Under the pieces are notes generated by a model. The model was not told the origin of the DNA. It did not search any database and worked only from the letters and a program-made list of their open reading frames with translations. From positions 64,196 through 128,195 of the forward strand of contig JAQUPQ010000007.1 in the NCBI GenBank assembly GCA_028716525.1: DNA of 64,000 nt, written 5' to 3'. The position numbers and the translations under genes were made by a program. Shown in pieces: positions 1 through 11,929 of this stretch; position 1 is the first letter of the stretch; the number at the start of each line of letters is the position of its first letter. Origin of the DNA: Terriglobia bacterium (lineage in GTDB: Bacteria; Acidobacteriota; Terriglobia; JAIQFV01).

Positions 1-583
1 TTTCGAAGCTTCCCCCCCATAAATCAGTCCGCCCGATCGAAGAAAGAAATAAAGTGTCTCCCGTAAAAAGAACCTGCCGTGGCGCCGCCAGGACTTTGCG
101 TTCGTCCGGCGAGGGTGGAATTTCGAATAGAGGATTATTCGGTGACGTGATGATTTCCATTTTCGACTCCAACGTCAAACTTCCCGGGGTGTGACCCGGG
201 GTGTGCAAGACCCCCAGCTGGATCTCACCGCATCGAATGGAGTCGCCGGTGGTCACAAAGGAATCGGCTTTCGATGAAGGTGGCGCCGACACGCCGATCA
301 GCAAAGCCTGCATCTTCAGATGCTCCAACAGAAACTGGTCGGCCTTATGAATCAGCACCTCGGCGCCGGTTTCCTGACGCAGCGGTTCGTTGGCACCGAC
401 ATGGTCGATGTGCGTGTGCGTATTGACGATGGTCTTGAGTTTAAGATTGTGACGTTTCAGAACTTCAAGAATCCGGGCCACCTCGTCGCCCGGATCGATG
501 ACCAGGGCTTCACGCGTGTTCTCGTCTCCAAGAACCGCGCAGTTGCATTGCAGCATTCCCACGGGAAAGGTTTCAAAAATCAT
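1..583 (-). CDS. MBL-fold metallo-hydrolase (hydroxyacylglutathione-hydrolase-like), 3' partial at window edge
   Basis: Minus-strand translation from ATG at 583 reads MIFETFPVGMLQCNCAVLGD...NTHTHIDHVGAN. The HxHxDH metallo-beta-lactamase motif is present. The ORF runs off the window start. Confidence 0.7.
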   Translation of the reverse strand, partial: MIFETFPVGMLQCNCAVLGDENTREALVIDPGDEVARILEVLKRHNLKLKTIVNTHTHIDHVGANEPLRQETGAEVLIHKADQFLLEHLKMQALLIGVSAPPSSKADSFVTTGDSIRCGEIQLGVLHTPGHTPGSLTLESKMEIITSPNNPLFEIPPSPDERKVLAAPRQVLFTGDTLFLSSIGRTDLWGGSFE

Positions 584-741
584 TCCGATGTTCCCTCATT
601 GAAAAACGAATGGTAAGCCTGCAATAATGAATTTGGCCACAGATATTTGGAGTGAGGTTCGGTTGCACCTGTCTTTCGAGAGGCGCCACCTTTCCTGCGC
701 GGTCGAGGCTTCCATCAAGAATCAACGGCAAAACATTTGAT

Positions 742-1314
742 ATGAAGATAACCCAATCTTTTTATGCCCCAGACCGGGCCGCCTGGCGTGCCTGGCTCAA
801 GAGAAATCACAGGAAGGCAAAGGAAATCTGGCTCGTCTACTATAAAAAAGATTCAGGTCGGCCGCGGGTGCCCTATATCGACGCTGTGGAGGAAGCTTTG
901 TGTTTTGGATGGATTGACAGCATTGTCCAACGGATCAACAAAGATTGTTATGCACAGAAATTCACCCCTCGAAAACCGGGTAGTACCTGGTCGGCTTTAA
1001 ACCGGAGACGCGTCCAGAAGATGATCCGGGAAGGAAAAATGACCCCGGCTGGCCGCGATGTCGTTCCTTCCGCCTTCCCAAAAGCAGATAGAAAACCTAA
1101 ACACCGGCGTCTGAATTTGTCACCCCCACGCCAATTCCTGGAGGCGTTGAAAACTCATCCCACCGCGCAGGCCTTCTTCAGACAGATGGCCCCCTCCTAT
1201 CAGCGGCAGTACCTACTCTGGATAAACATGGCCCAGAAGGAAGTGACTCGCGCTCGCCGTGTGAAAGAATCTGTGGCGCTACTTGCGAAAGGCAGAAAGC
1301 TCGGCCTGAAGTGA
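742..1314 (+). CDS. YdeI/OmpD-associated family protein (DUF1801-like)
   Basis: 191-aa product MKITQSFYAPDRAAWRAWLKRNH...LLWINMAQKEVTRARRVKESVALLAKG resembles the YdeI-type bacteriocin-protection family. Start is taken at the internal ATG at 742. Confidence 0.5.
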   Translation: MKITQSFYAPDRAAWRAWLKRNHRKAKEIWLVYYKKDSGRPRVPYIDAVEEALCFGWIDSIVQRINKDCYAQKFTPRKPGSTWSALNRRRVQKMIREGKMTPAGRDVVPSAFPKADRKPKHRRLNLSPPRQFLEALKTHPTAQAFFRQMAPSYQRQYLLWINMAQKEVTRARRVKESVALLAKGRKLGLK

Positions 1315-1591
1315 GCGGATTAGCACTCTGATGGGTTCAGCTCTTTTCGCATTTCGAAAAGCGATCCACTTTTTATTTTGCGAGAAATCCCAGGGACCGT
1401 TTAACCGCAAAGTGCGTAAAGCAGTGGAAGAAGGCGCTGAAAGTGCGACCTCATACCTTGGCTCTCAATGGTCCTTCTTGCAGCTCTTGGCGTTTGAATC
1501 CGGAAGGAGTCACTAGAGCCATACGGTAGAACCTTGTGAAAAAACAAAACCTAACCTTGACGTAACTTGTAACATAAAGAAAACTCGACAC

Positions 1592-1619
1592 TTGACACGC
1601 CTCTACGACAAGGTAAAAT
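1592..1619 (+). promoter_or_regulatory. sigma70-like core promoter (TTGACAcgc-N-aaggTAAAAT) upstream of the radical SAM gene, followed by a ~220-nt GC-rich leader
   Basis: TTGACA at 1592-1597, 16-nt spacer, TAAAAT at 1614-1619. The same core architecture (TGACACGC-N9-AAGG(G)TAtAA) recurs in the seven-copy module further downstream. Confidence 0.4.
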
Positions 1620-1847
1620 TCAGGTTCTCCGCAGCCTTGAGTATTTGGGGCCGCGGGGCCAGGGGTTAGCTGACCCCGCCGAACCATCTCTGAACTGAAC
1701 CTTTGCCTCTTTTCACTCCGGCCTAAACGGCCACCCGCGAAACGCTTCGACTTTCTCTCGTTGCTCAATGGGAGAACTACCGCGGGCCGGGTAAAGGTCA
1801 AACAGAGGCCCGTCGGGTCGGCGATTCCGATACTTCGAGGAGGCCGA

Positions 1848-3506
1848 GTGAGCACCCAATCTGTTTCTGCTCCACCCCAATCGATCAACCCAACGGCAGA
1901 ATCTGTACCCAAGCACCTGCGCAACTACCAAGTGCTTCAGCCGCAAACCACCCACAGCGGCTCCGAGATCGAGCCCATCAAGCAGGGACTGCCACGGACG
2001 ACCCAGTCACTCTGCCCCGAATGCTTAAAGGTCATCGACGCCACGTTATACGAGGAAGACGGCAAGGTGATCATGCAGAAAACTTGCAGCGAGCATGGGG
2101 AGGTCAAAGACGTCGCCTACTCCGACGCCCGAATGTATCTCAAAATGGAGCAGTGGTCCTTTGGTGACAATCGCGGACTTTCAAACCCCGCCATCCCGAA
2201 GGCCACGCGCTGTCCGGAACAATGCGGCATATGTTCCATGCACACCTCACACACGGGTTTGGCCAATGTCGATCTCACGAACCGCTGTAATCTGACGTGT
2301 CCGGTCTGCTTTGCAAATTCCAATGTTGCCGGCTACCTCTACGAACCGAGCATCGACCAAACCCGCAAGATGCTCCAGGCGCTTCGAGACGAACGGCCGG
2401 TGCCCTGCCGCGTGGTCCAATTTTCGGGCGGCGAGCCCACGCTCCACCCCCGTTTCCTCGACATTTTGAGCATGGCTTCCGAAATGGGTTTTACACATAT
2501 CCAAGCCGCCACCAACGGCATCAAATTCCTGGATCTGGACTTTGCGAAAGCCGCCAAAGAAGCCGGCCTGCACACGTTGTATCTGCAGTTTGACGGCGTG
2601 TGTGACGACATCTACAAACGCACCCGCGGGGCCTCCCTGTGGGACATGAAAATGAAGTGCATTGAAAACGTCCGGCGCGCCGGCCTCAAGATTGTTTTTG
2701 TTCCCACCATCGTCAAAACGGTCAACGATCATCAGATTGGCGACATCGTGCGGGTCGCCGTTGAAAACGTCGATTGCGTCAGCGGCATCAGCTTTCAACC
2801 GGTCTCCTTCACCGGCCGCATTGCGCGGCGCGAGCGCGAGCAAAAGCGTTTCACCATGACCGACGTAGCCCGTTGCTTGGAGGAGCAAACCGGTCTGGCC
2901 AATCGCTATGAAGACTGGTTCCCGCTGTCCTGTGTGACACCGTTCTCCAAATTGTTGAGCGCCATTCGCGGGGAGGAAATCACACAGCTCAGCAGCAATC
3001 CCCATTGCTCCATTGGAACTTACTTCTTTGTGAGCGGAGATCGAAAAGAGGCGGTTCCCATTACACAATTCATCGACGTGGGATCCATGCTGAAGGAAAT
3101 TGATTTGATGTCCCGTTCCGTGTCGGCATCGTCATTCAAATTTTTCACCAAGGTGCGTGTCTGGCAATCGCTGCAACGTTATTTCAAGCCTGATAAAGCC
3201 CCTAAAGGGCTGACCTTTACGAAGTTTTTACAGACCCTTCAAGGCATGACGGACAAGAAATATGGCCGCGGTGAAGCCGACGGCACGTTCACCTACAAAA
3301 CACTCATGGTGGCGGGCATGCATTTCATGGATGCCTACAATTACGATGTCGAACGCGTCAAGCGATGCATCATTCACTATGCCGCACCGAACGGTTTGAT
3401 TTATCCGTTCTGCGCCTATAACTCCGGTCCCACTTATCGGGATAAGATTGAAAAAAAGTACTCCGTGCCTTTGCCGCCACGGGCGGGAAAAGAAGTGGAG
3501 GCCTGA
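1848..3506 (+). CDS. radical SAM protein with N-terminal Cys-rich (rubredoxin/zinc-ribbon-like) region; candidate Tes/GDGT-MAS-like lipid-modifying enzyme
   Basis: CNLTCPVCFAN (CxxxCxxC radical SAM motif). Upstream Cys clusters CPECLKV...CSEH and CPEQCGICSMH. GTG start at 1848 preceded by GAGGAGG. About 550 aa. Confidence 0.8.
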   Translation: MSTQSVSAPPQSINPTAESVPKHLRNYQVLQPQTTHSGSEIEPIKQGLPRTTQSLCPECLKVIDATLYEEDGKVIMQKTCSEHGEVKDVAYSDARMYLKMEQWSFGDNRGLSNPAIPKATRCPEQCGICSMHTSHTGLANVDLTNRCNLTCPVCFANSNVAGYLYEPSIDQTRKMLQALRDERPVPCRVVQFSGGEPTLHPRFLDILSMASEMGFTHIQAATNGIKFLDLDFAKAAKEAGLHTLYLQFDGVCDDIYKRTRGASLWDMKMKCIENVRRAGLKIVFVPTIVKTVNDHQIGDIVRVAVENVDCVSGISFQPVSFTGRIARREREQKRFTMTDVARCLEEQTGLANRYEDWFPLSCVTPFSKLLSAIRGEEITQLSSNPHCSIGTYFFVSGDRKEAVPITQFIDVGSMLKEIDLMSRSVSASSFKFFTKVRVWQSLQRYFKPDKAPKGLTFTKFLQTLQGMTDKKYGRGEADGTFTYKTLMVAGMHFMDAYNYDVERVKRCIIHYAAPNGLIYPFCAYNSGPTYRDKIEKKYSVPLPPRAGKEVEA

Positions 3507-3618
3507 GAGAACAGGCGCCGATTCCTGCGCCTTTCTTTGAAAAAACCGCTTCTCATTAAGACAATTCGACGGGAAATCTCACTGCGCATCTCGAAGTCTG
3601 GAAGTATTATTTCGAACC

Positions 3619-5178
3619 ATGTACATTTCGAACGAAACCCGCACCCGAACCGCCCAACGCCCCAACATCGTCAAACTCACTCAGCCATTGGATTTGGAAC
3701 GTCATCCCTTTGAAGACTACCTGAGCTCTCCTCTCACCCGAAAATTTCTCTTATGGGCGACCCGCCTCTCCAACGGGAGAACACGGCTGGAGAGGATTTT
3801 CACCTCGTATCGAAATCCCGAGGCGCCATGGTCCGACAAAATCAAATTTTTCCCGCTGCATAAGGTCATCGATTTCTTTGTGGCCAAAACCAAGGTCTCG
3901 CCGGAGCGGGCGGTGGAAAAGGTATTCCATCACATGCCGACCGTGCGGACGTTGGTTAATACGGCCCGCTCCGTTGGAACATTTGGACTGGTGGCCCCTC
4001 AACGTTTTATCGCTCCGCTGCTGGTGGTATGGAACATTACCAATCGCTGCAACCTCTCCTGCAAGCATTGTTATCAGGATGCCGTTCGCAGGCGCGGCCC
4101 CGAAGAACTGAACCGCAAAGAGAAAATAGATGTGGTGGACCAACTGGCGGACAACCTGGTCCCCATGATCGCTTTGGCCGGGGGCGAACCCTTGATCGAC
4201 CCCGATTTATGGTCGGTGCTGGAACGCGCTCAACAGCGCGGGATCTATGTCAGTCTGGCCACCAACGGAACGATGCTCACAAAGCAGATTTGCGAACGCC
4301 TCAAAAAGCTGGGCGTCAAGTACATGGAGATCTCGCTGGATTCGCTGGACGCCGGTGTCCATGACGATTTTCGCCAAATGCCCGGGGCCTGGGAGCTGTC
4401 GGTTCAAGGCATCAAAAATGTTCAGGCCTACGGAATGCGCGCCGGCATCGCGACCTGCTTCACGCGCGACACGGTCGATCAAGCGCCCCGCATGATCGGT
4501 TTTGCCAAATCTCTGAAGGTGAGCACCTTCGTTCATTTCAATTTCATTCCCGTGGGCCGAGGCGCCGACATGGCGCATGAAGACCTCACACCGGAGCAGC
4601 GCGAACGCCTGCTGCATCTGTTATACGAAACCCTGGAGGAGGGTGGCCTTGGGGTGATGTCGACGGCTCCTCAGTTCGGCCGCGCCTGCATGGCTTTCGG
4701 GGACCTCGACGGCATGATGGCCATGGGTCACGGCGGCTCGGGCAAGGGACGTCAGGCTCGCGTGGTGTCGAAGTACATCGGCGGCTGCGGAGCTCACCGC
4801 TGCTACTGCTCCATTCAGCCCAACGGAAAAGTGAATCCCTGCGTCTACATGCCCACGCGGACCATCGGCGACTTGAGGAAAACACCCTTTGCCGAAATCT
4901 GGAATCAACCGCTCGAAGCCATTCTCAGCGACCGCGAAGATCGGGGCGATCATTGCGGTGTGTGCGACTATCGCTCCTTCTGTGGGGGCTGCCGCGCCCG
5001 CGCCGAAAGCTACACCGGCGATGTTCAAGCGGGAGATCCCGGCTGCATCTATAATTCCCATATGTGGAACGAAATTGAACGTCGAGAGAAGGAGCACTTG
5101 AGCGTTCTGAATGAAGGCACCGCCCTGAAGATTGGCGTCGGCGGGCACACCGAGAGCTCTTCCAGCAGTCCGCAGTGA
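3619..5178 (+). CDS. radical SAM/SPASM-domain protein
   Basis: CNLSCKHCYQD radical SAM motif. C-terminal Cys-rich SPASM/twitch-like segment (GGCGAHRCYCSIQPNGKVNPCVYM, CGVCDYRSFCGGCRAR). Tandem with the previous rSAM gene. Confidence 0.8.
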   Translation: MYISNETRTRTAQRPNIVKLTQPLDLERHPFEDYLSSPLTRKFLLWATRLSNGRTRLERIFTSYRNPEAPWSDKIKFFPLHKVIDFFVAKTKVSPERAVEKVFHHMPTVRTLVNTARSVGTFGLVAPQRFIAPLLVVWNITNRCNLSCKHCYQDAVRRRGPEELNRKEKIDVVDQLADNLVPMIALAGGEPLIDPDLWSVLERAQQRGIYVSLATNGTMLTKQICERLKKLGVKYMEISLDSLDAGVHDDFRQMPGAWELSVQGIKNVQAYGMRAGIATCFTRDTVDQAPRMIGFAKSLKVSTFVHFNFIPVGRGADMAHEDLTPEQRERLLHLLYETLEEGGLGVMSTAPQFGRACMAFGDLDGMMAMGHGGSGKGRQARVVSKYIGGCGAHRCYCSIQPNGKVNPCVYMPTRTIGDLRKTPFAEIWNQPLEAILSDREDRGDHCGVCDYRSFCGGCRARAESYTGDVQAGDPGCIYNSHMWNEIERREKEHLSVLNEGTALKIGVGGHTESSSSSPQ

Positions 5179-5296
5179 TCATCACGCGCCCCCTTCTTTT
5201 TATTTCATTCCCCCGAATATCGGTTAGAATGAATCGGTAATTAGTCTCTGGCATGTTCCTGAATTCAATGCGCCACAAATCCTTCCTGAAGACAGA

Positions 5297-6388
5297 ATGA
5301 TTGCTCCCAAAAAGATTCTGATCTGCCGTTGGGCACGTTTGGGCGATGTGATTCTTAGTGAACCTGCCACACGCCAAGCTCGAGCCTTCTTCCCCGACGC
5401 CTCCATCAGCTTCCTGGTCGACCAGCGATACGACGCCATCGCGCAGATGATGCCCAGTGTGGATGAAGTTATTCCGGTTGACCGGATCGCCTGGCGGGAT
5501 AGGAACCACCTCACTTCTGTTGTTGAAATTATTCGGTCAACCAATGCTCTACGTCGGAAACAATTCGACTTATTTGTGGATCTCCAGAGTTTTCACGAAT
5601 CACAGTTGCTGGCTTTATGGAGCCGGGCTCGCTGGCGACTGGCGTTCAAGCACCCGGACAGAAATCATTGGGGATTTTGCTTCAACCTCCCCGACGTGAC
5701 TGAAGATAAGTCTTTGCCGTTAGGAGAAATGTTTCGCCAGGTCGTGGGAAGCTTGTCTTCTTCGCCCCTTCGCCCTGTCATAAAAGATCTTCCTGAGGAT
5801 TCGAGTCGAGGAGCAGACTTCCATGAGGAGATGAGTCCCCGCAGCGTTCCGGTCTTGTGCGTCCCCGCTTCAGAGGACGCCGCGGCATCCGAGCTTTGGT
5901 CCGCTTCGGGTTTGAAGAAGGTCAGCAGGGTTTTTGGAATGCAGATTTCAGCCCCCGCATTAGCACGAATGTGGCCGCTCGCGAATTATCTGGATTTTGC
6001 AAAGCGGCTCATCGATGTTGCTTCCCGGAAAGGCCAATCGGCCGGCATCGCCTGCTTTGCAGATGCCAAGGAATCGAGTTGGTGCGAGCAACTGCGAACC
6101 CTGGCTCGATCCAAAGGCATTCCTCTTTTGATCTCGTTCACCGGATCTCTTTTTTCCTGGGCAGCGTTGATGAAGCGCTGTACGGCGCTCGTGAGCAATG
6201 ATACGGGGCCCTTGCATTTGAGTGCAGCCGTGGGGACTCCGACATTGGGTTTGTACGGCGCAGACTATCTTGATCATTACCGGCCCCATGGACAGAATTG
6301 CAGGTTTTTACGGAAAAATGCTCTTTCGGATTTGGCCCCCCAGGAAGTTCTCGAAACCTTTTTGAAGATGATGGACCCTGCCCGCTAG
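5297..6388 (+). CDS. glycosyltransferase family 9 (heptosyltransferase-like)
   Basis: MIAPKKILICRWARLGDVILSEPA... N-terminus and C-terminal LVSNDTGPLHLSAAVGTPTLGLYG are typical of GT9 ADP-heptose transferases. Confidence 0.7.
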   Translation: MIAPKKILICRWARLGDVILSEPATRQARAFFPDASISFLVDQRYDAIAQMMPSVDEVIPVDRIAWRDRNHLTSVVEIIRSTNALRRKQFDLFVDLQSFHESQLLALWSRARWRLAFKHPDRNHWGFCFNLPDVTEDKSLPLGEMFRQVVGSLSSSPLRPVIKDLPEDSSRGADFHEEMSPRSVPVLCVPASEDAAASELWSASGLKKVSRVFGMQISAPALARMWPLANYLDFAKRLIDVASRKGQSAGIACFADAKESSWCEQLRTLARSKGIPLLISFTGSLFSWAALMKRCTALVSNDTGPLHLSAAVGTPTLGLYGADYLDHYRPHGQNCRFLRKNALSDLAPQEVLETFLKMMDPAR

Positions 6389-6586
6389 CATCGCTTAAGC
6401 TCCCTTCATCTGTGATATAATTTTTTCTTTACGTGGAGACAATTTTCAGAGGAACGCCTCTGTCTCTAGGTACATTTTGCGGCGACAAAACCGGTCCGCC
6501 GGAGAGGGTCATCACGAGGCTTTCATCGCTTCGAAAGCACGGCCGACGCCCGGATTGCAGGAATGGTCGACGCCCTGGCGGATTGA

Positions 6587-8476
<1,890 letters not shown>

Positions 8477-8539
8477 GACCCATGCGCTTCAACATCAATT
8501 TGCACCAAAGAAATTGACGCCCGGATCTGAAGCCAAGCC

Positions 8540-8869
8540 CTACTCGACTTTCTTCGTAATTCTCTTCAAGTAAACATCCACCTCTCGAACCATCTGCCCG
8601 TCGCCGTGATTTGCCGCGAGGTCGCGGGCTTTCTCGAATGCGGTTTGTGCTTCTCCAGAACGCCCGGCCTTGTCCAGAGCTTTTCCTAATTCCCGGTGTC
8701 CAGCGGCGTATTCCGGTTTTAATTCCACAACCCGCAGGAACGATGCCGCAGCTTCCTCAAACCGACCCGCTTTAAAATATTCGGTTCCCAGCCCATAGTG
8801 AGCCATTTCATCATCGGGTGTCAGTTCAACCACTTCGCGAAATTGATCAATCAGAGATTGCGAATCCAT
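8540..8869 (-). CDS. tetratricopeptide-repeat protein
   Basis: MDSQSLIDQFREVVELTPDDEMAHYGLGTEYFKAGRFEEAAASFLRVVELKPEYAAGHRELGKAL shows TPR-like repeats. Start chosen at the internal ATG at 8869 to avoid overlap with the divergent gene. Confidence 0.55.
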   Translation of the reverse strand: MDSQSLIDQFREVVELTPDDEMAHYGLGTEYFKAGRFEEAAASFLRVVELKPEYAAGHRELGKALDKAGRSGEAQTAFEKARDLAANHGDGQMVREVDVYLKRITKKVE

Positions 8870-8996
8870 ACGTTGATTATACAGCGGGCATTGCAGGGAA
8901 TGTTTTTTCGCCCGGCAAGCCCGATGGGATTGTGGAAGTGCAGCCAGGTCCGAGGGAAAGGGGGGCTTGATCGTTCTACCATAATTCACATACACT

Positions 8997-9494
8997 TTGA
9001 CCATGCGAAAACTCAACCGGATTATTCTCGTGGTTATCCTGGTCATCGTCGCGATTCAATTCTATCGGCCGGCGCGGACAAATCCGCCGGTCGATCCTCA
9101 AAATACCATCCAATCGCAAACTCACATTCCTCTGGAGGTGAGCCGGGTTCTTTACCGCTCCTGCGGCGATTGCCATTCCAATCAAACCCTGTGGCCTTGG
9201 TACAGTGAGGTCGCGCCGGTTTCCTGGTTGGTCGTGAGCGATGTGGACGAAGGTCGCGGGAAAGTAAATCTTTCCGACTGGACTCCGCAAGGCGGAAACC
9301 AGTCTGAAAAAGCCAACCGCCTGCTGGGAAAGATTTGCGAGGAAGTTAAGAGCGGTGACATGCCGGAATGGTATTACACGCCACTCCATCCCAATGCACG
9401 ATTATCCCCGGCCGAGATTCAGCTCATTTGCAACTGGACGCAGTCGGAACAACAAGGCTCCGGGACAGCGCCCAAGAAAGACAGTGACAAGTGA
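8997..9494 (+). CDS. heme-binding domain-containing protein (single CxxCH)
   Basis: N-terminal TM/signal segment, CGDCH heme-c motif, and ...SDWT...ICNWT architecture of the haem-binding domain family. Confidence 0.6.
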   Translation: MTMRKLNRIILVVILVIVAIQFYRPARTNPPVDPQNTIQSQTHIPLEVSRVLYRSCGDCHSNQTLWPWYSEVAPVSWLVVSDVDEGRGKVNLSDWTPQGGNQSEKANRLLGKICEEVKSGDMPEWYYTPLHPNARLSPAEIQLICNWTQSEQQGSGTAPKKDSDK

Positions 9495-9535
9495 GGAGTG
9501 GCAACTAATTCTGTGGGCCGATGTCGGCCCGCCGT

Positions 9536-10777
9536 TCACTTCCTCCCGCCCGCAATTTGAATTGCTTCAGGGCGATGTCTCAACCTGATCATGGAGTAGA
9601 TGCCGAAAAGAGGGCCGAGCGCCAAGAGTGCAAACGCCCATCGCCATGACAGGAGTTGTTCCGCATGGGGAATAAGTTCGATCGTCGCGGTAGTCAGAAG
9701 AAATCCCACGGAGGTTTGCATCGTGAGCGCCGTGCCCATGTATTCCGGCTGACACAGTTCAGTGATGCAGGCTGAAAACTGTGCAGAATCGGCGACCACA
9801 GAGAACCCCCAAACAAGCATCAGCGGCGCCAAAACAATCAATGAAGAACCAAAAAACAAGCCGGCCGAGAGCGAGCAGGCCCCGCTGATGGCCAAGGCAA
9901 CGATGGTGGTTCGCGTGCGTCCCCAGCGATCCGCCAACCAACCCGCCAAGACGCAGCCCAAGAATCCCGCACCAATGACACCAAACGAAACCGCTTCCGC
10001 AACGGCATGGTGGCTCAAGCCGGCCGCACCATCCATTCCGCGCCGCAATCGCCATTCCACAACGGATTCACGGATGAAAACCGGCGTCCAGGTCCACATG
10101 GCATACAGCTCCCACATATGGCCCAGATATCCGAAATTCGCCAGTCGCAACGCCGGCTCGCGAAACACCTTCCACATGTAATGAAAATTGAACTGGCTGG
10201 CGGGAAGATGAAAGGGACCATCGTTGACAAATCCCATAACCACAAAAGCGCCCACCACGGCCAGACCTGAAGCGCTGAGCATGGCCTCTTTCCATCGTTC
10301 CAGAGTGAAGAAGTAATTGATGAGATACGGAGTGGCCTTGCCCAGCGTCAATGCGCCAATCAGCATGCCAATGGCAAATCCGCGCTGCTCCCGAAACCAG
10401 GTTGCAATGATTTTCATGCCGGGCGGGTAGACGCCGGCGAGAAACATTCCCGTGAGAAACCGGAGCACTATGCCGAAATGTGCGGAATGGCACCACAGTG
10501 CGAACGAGGCGTTCGCCATGGCGCCCAAAAGGCAGGATGCGCCAAACACGTACCGAGGATTGATTACATCGGAAAGATTCAGCGCGGCGCTCAGCAGTGT
10601 GCCTGCGACAAAACCCAATTGCACGGCCAATGTCAACCAGGTGGCCTGAGAGGAACTAATCCCCCACTCTCGCGTCAATGCGGGAAGAACCGCGGAGCCG
10701 CTGAACCACAACGTCATTCCGCCAAGTTCCGCCAGCGAAACTAAAAGGAGGGCTCGAAATGGAGATTGGAGTCTCAC
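9536..10777 (-). CDS. MFS transporter
   Basis: About 12 predicted hydrophobic helices and MFS-like loops. Start is uncertain (GTG at 10777 proposed; the ORF extends to 10888). Stop abuts the start of the upstream gene. Confidence 0.7.
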   Translation of the reverse strand: MRLQSPFRALLLVSLAELGGMTLWFSGSAVLPALTREWGISSSQATWLTLAVQLGFVAGTLLSAALNLSDVINPRYVFGASCLLGAMANASFALWCHSAHFGIVLRFLTGMFLAGVYPPGMKIIATWFREQRGFAIGMLIGALTLGKATPYLINYFFTLERWKEAMLSASGLAVVGAFVVMGFVNDGPFHLPASQFNFHYMWKVFREPALRLANFGYLGHMWELYAMWTWTPVFIRESVVEWRLRRGMDGAAGLSHHAVAEAVSFGVIGAGFLGCVLAGWLADRWGRTRTTIVALAISGACSLSAGLFFGSSLIVLAPLMLVWGFSVVADSAQFSACITELCQPEYMGTALTMQTSVGFLLTTATIELIPHAEQLLSWRWAFALLALGPLFGIYSMIRLRHRPEAIQIAGGRK

Positions 10778-10888
10778 AGCGTGTCGCGCGAGTTTAGCGA
10801 CCAAGAGGGGGCCCGTCAAGGAATGCCCACCGCAGCCTGTTTGGGAAGTGGGCGCCCGAAATGCCCGACCGGTGATTACAAAACCCAT

Positions 10889-11734
10889 TCACGATATGGC
10901 CGGCGTCAGTAACTGCGTCATGGAGGAGTGTGTGATTGGACTTTCAAGACTCAGATACGTTCCTTCTTTCAGCAACTCCTTAGCGACCCGTTGGTAATGG
11001 CCCATAGCAGCGCAAAAAGGTTTGGATCCGACGCTCACACGGGCCACCCCGAGTCGGGCAAGCTCAGCGATTGAAGGGGCCCCCGGTCCGGCCAGAATAT
11101 TGACAGGGCCGTGTATGGCCTTCGTCAATCGGCCGATGGTTTCGCCGTCGATCACTCCAGGTACAAATAAACAATCGGCTCCTGCGGCACGATAAGCATT
11201 GGAGCGCCGCACGGCTTCATCGAGGCGGGATTCAGGTGCTCCAATCTGATCCAGAAAGACATCGGTGCGGGCGTTAATAACCAGTGGAACCCCCTCCTTT
11301 TCACTCAGACTTCGAATCGCCTTGATCTTCTCAACCTGAACGGTCAGGTCTTCCAACCGACGAACCTCTTCATGCATTCCGTCCTCAAAATTGATGCCGA
11401 CAGCGCCCGCTTGAATGACGGTTCTCACGTTTTCTGTGACCGCTGAAACCGTTCGACCATATCCCGATTCGAAATCGGCCGTCACAGGCACATGAACGGC
11501 CCGGGCGATTCGCCCAATCCAGTCGACCATTTCCCGGCATGGAATTCGTTCACCGTCCCGATAACCCAGCGAAAAGGCAACGCCGGCACTGCTGGTGGCG
11601 ATGGCCGGCGCCCCGGCTTCCTCGGCAATCCGTGCGCTCGCAACATCCCAAACATTCGGCAAAACCAAGATTTGATCACTTTCATGAAGACTCTTGAATT
11701 CCTTCGCGAGCGCAGCTTGAACTTGAATGTCCAT
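10889..11734 (-). CDS. isocitrate lyase/PEP mutase family protein (2-methylisocitrate lyase-like)
   Basis: MDIQVQAALAKEFKSLHESDQILVLPNVWDVASARIAEEAGAPAIATSSAGVA... is typical of the ICL/PEPM superfamily. Confidence 0.75.
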   Translation of the reverse strand: MDIQVQAALAKEFKSLHESDQILVLPNVWDVASARIAEEAGAPAIATSSAGVAFSLGYRDGERIPCREMVDWIGRIARAVHVPVTADFESGYGRTVSAVTENVRTVIQAGAVGINFEDGMHEEVRRLEDLTVQVEKIKAIRSLSEKEGVPLVINARTDVFLDQIGAPESRLDEAVRRSNAYRAAGADCLFVPGVIDGETIGRLTKAIHGPVNILAGPGAPSIAELARLGVARVSVGSKPFCAAMGHYQRVAKELLKEGTYLSLESPITHSSMTQLLTPAIS

Positions 11735-11929
11735 GTGTTCAATCTCCTGACATCAATTTTTATCAAAGAGTGGCGAAACGCCCAACTCTGTAATGGCTAT
11801 TAAAATCATTGTGAAAAATTCCACGGTACAGAAAAAGTTTTGGCCGTGCAAGACATTCCCGGTTTATGCTGTTATAGGATGCTGATGAAGCTCCGGATAT
11901 CTCAGACTGACGACAACCGGGAGGTGCAC

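Noticed and set aside
2247-3068. Multiple long antisense or overlapping ORFs
   Set aside because: Examples are 2247-3068(-), 4621-5148(-), 13268-14125(+), 16008-16919(+), 22044-22598(+), 24959-26164(+), 25062-25652(-), 43707-44726(-), 48664-49617(-), 59662-60573(-), 61315-62133(-) and 62746-63525(-). Each overlaps a gene with a recognisable protein family on the other strand or frame. None has recognisable family features. They are treated as GC-driven artefacts.
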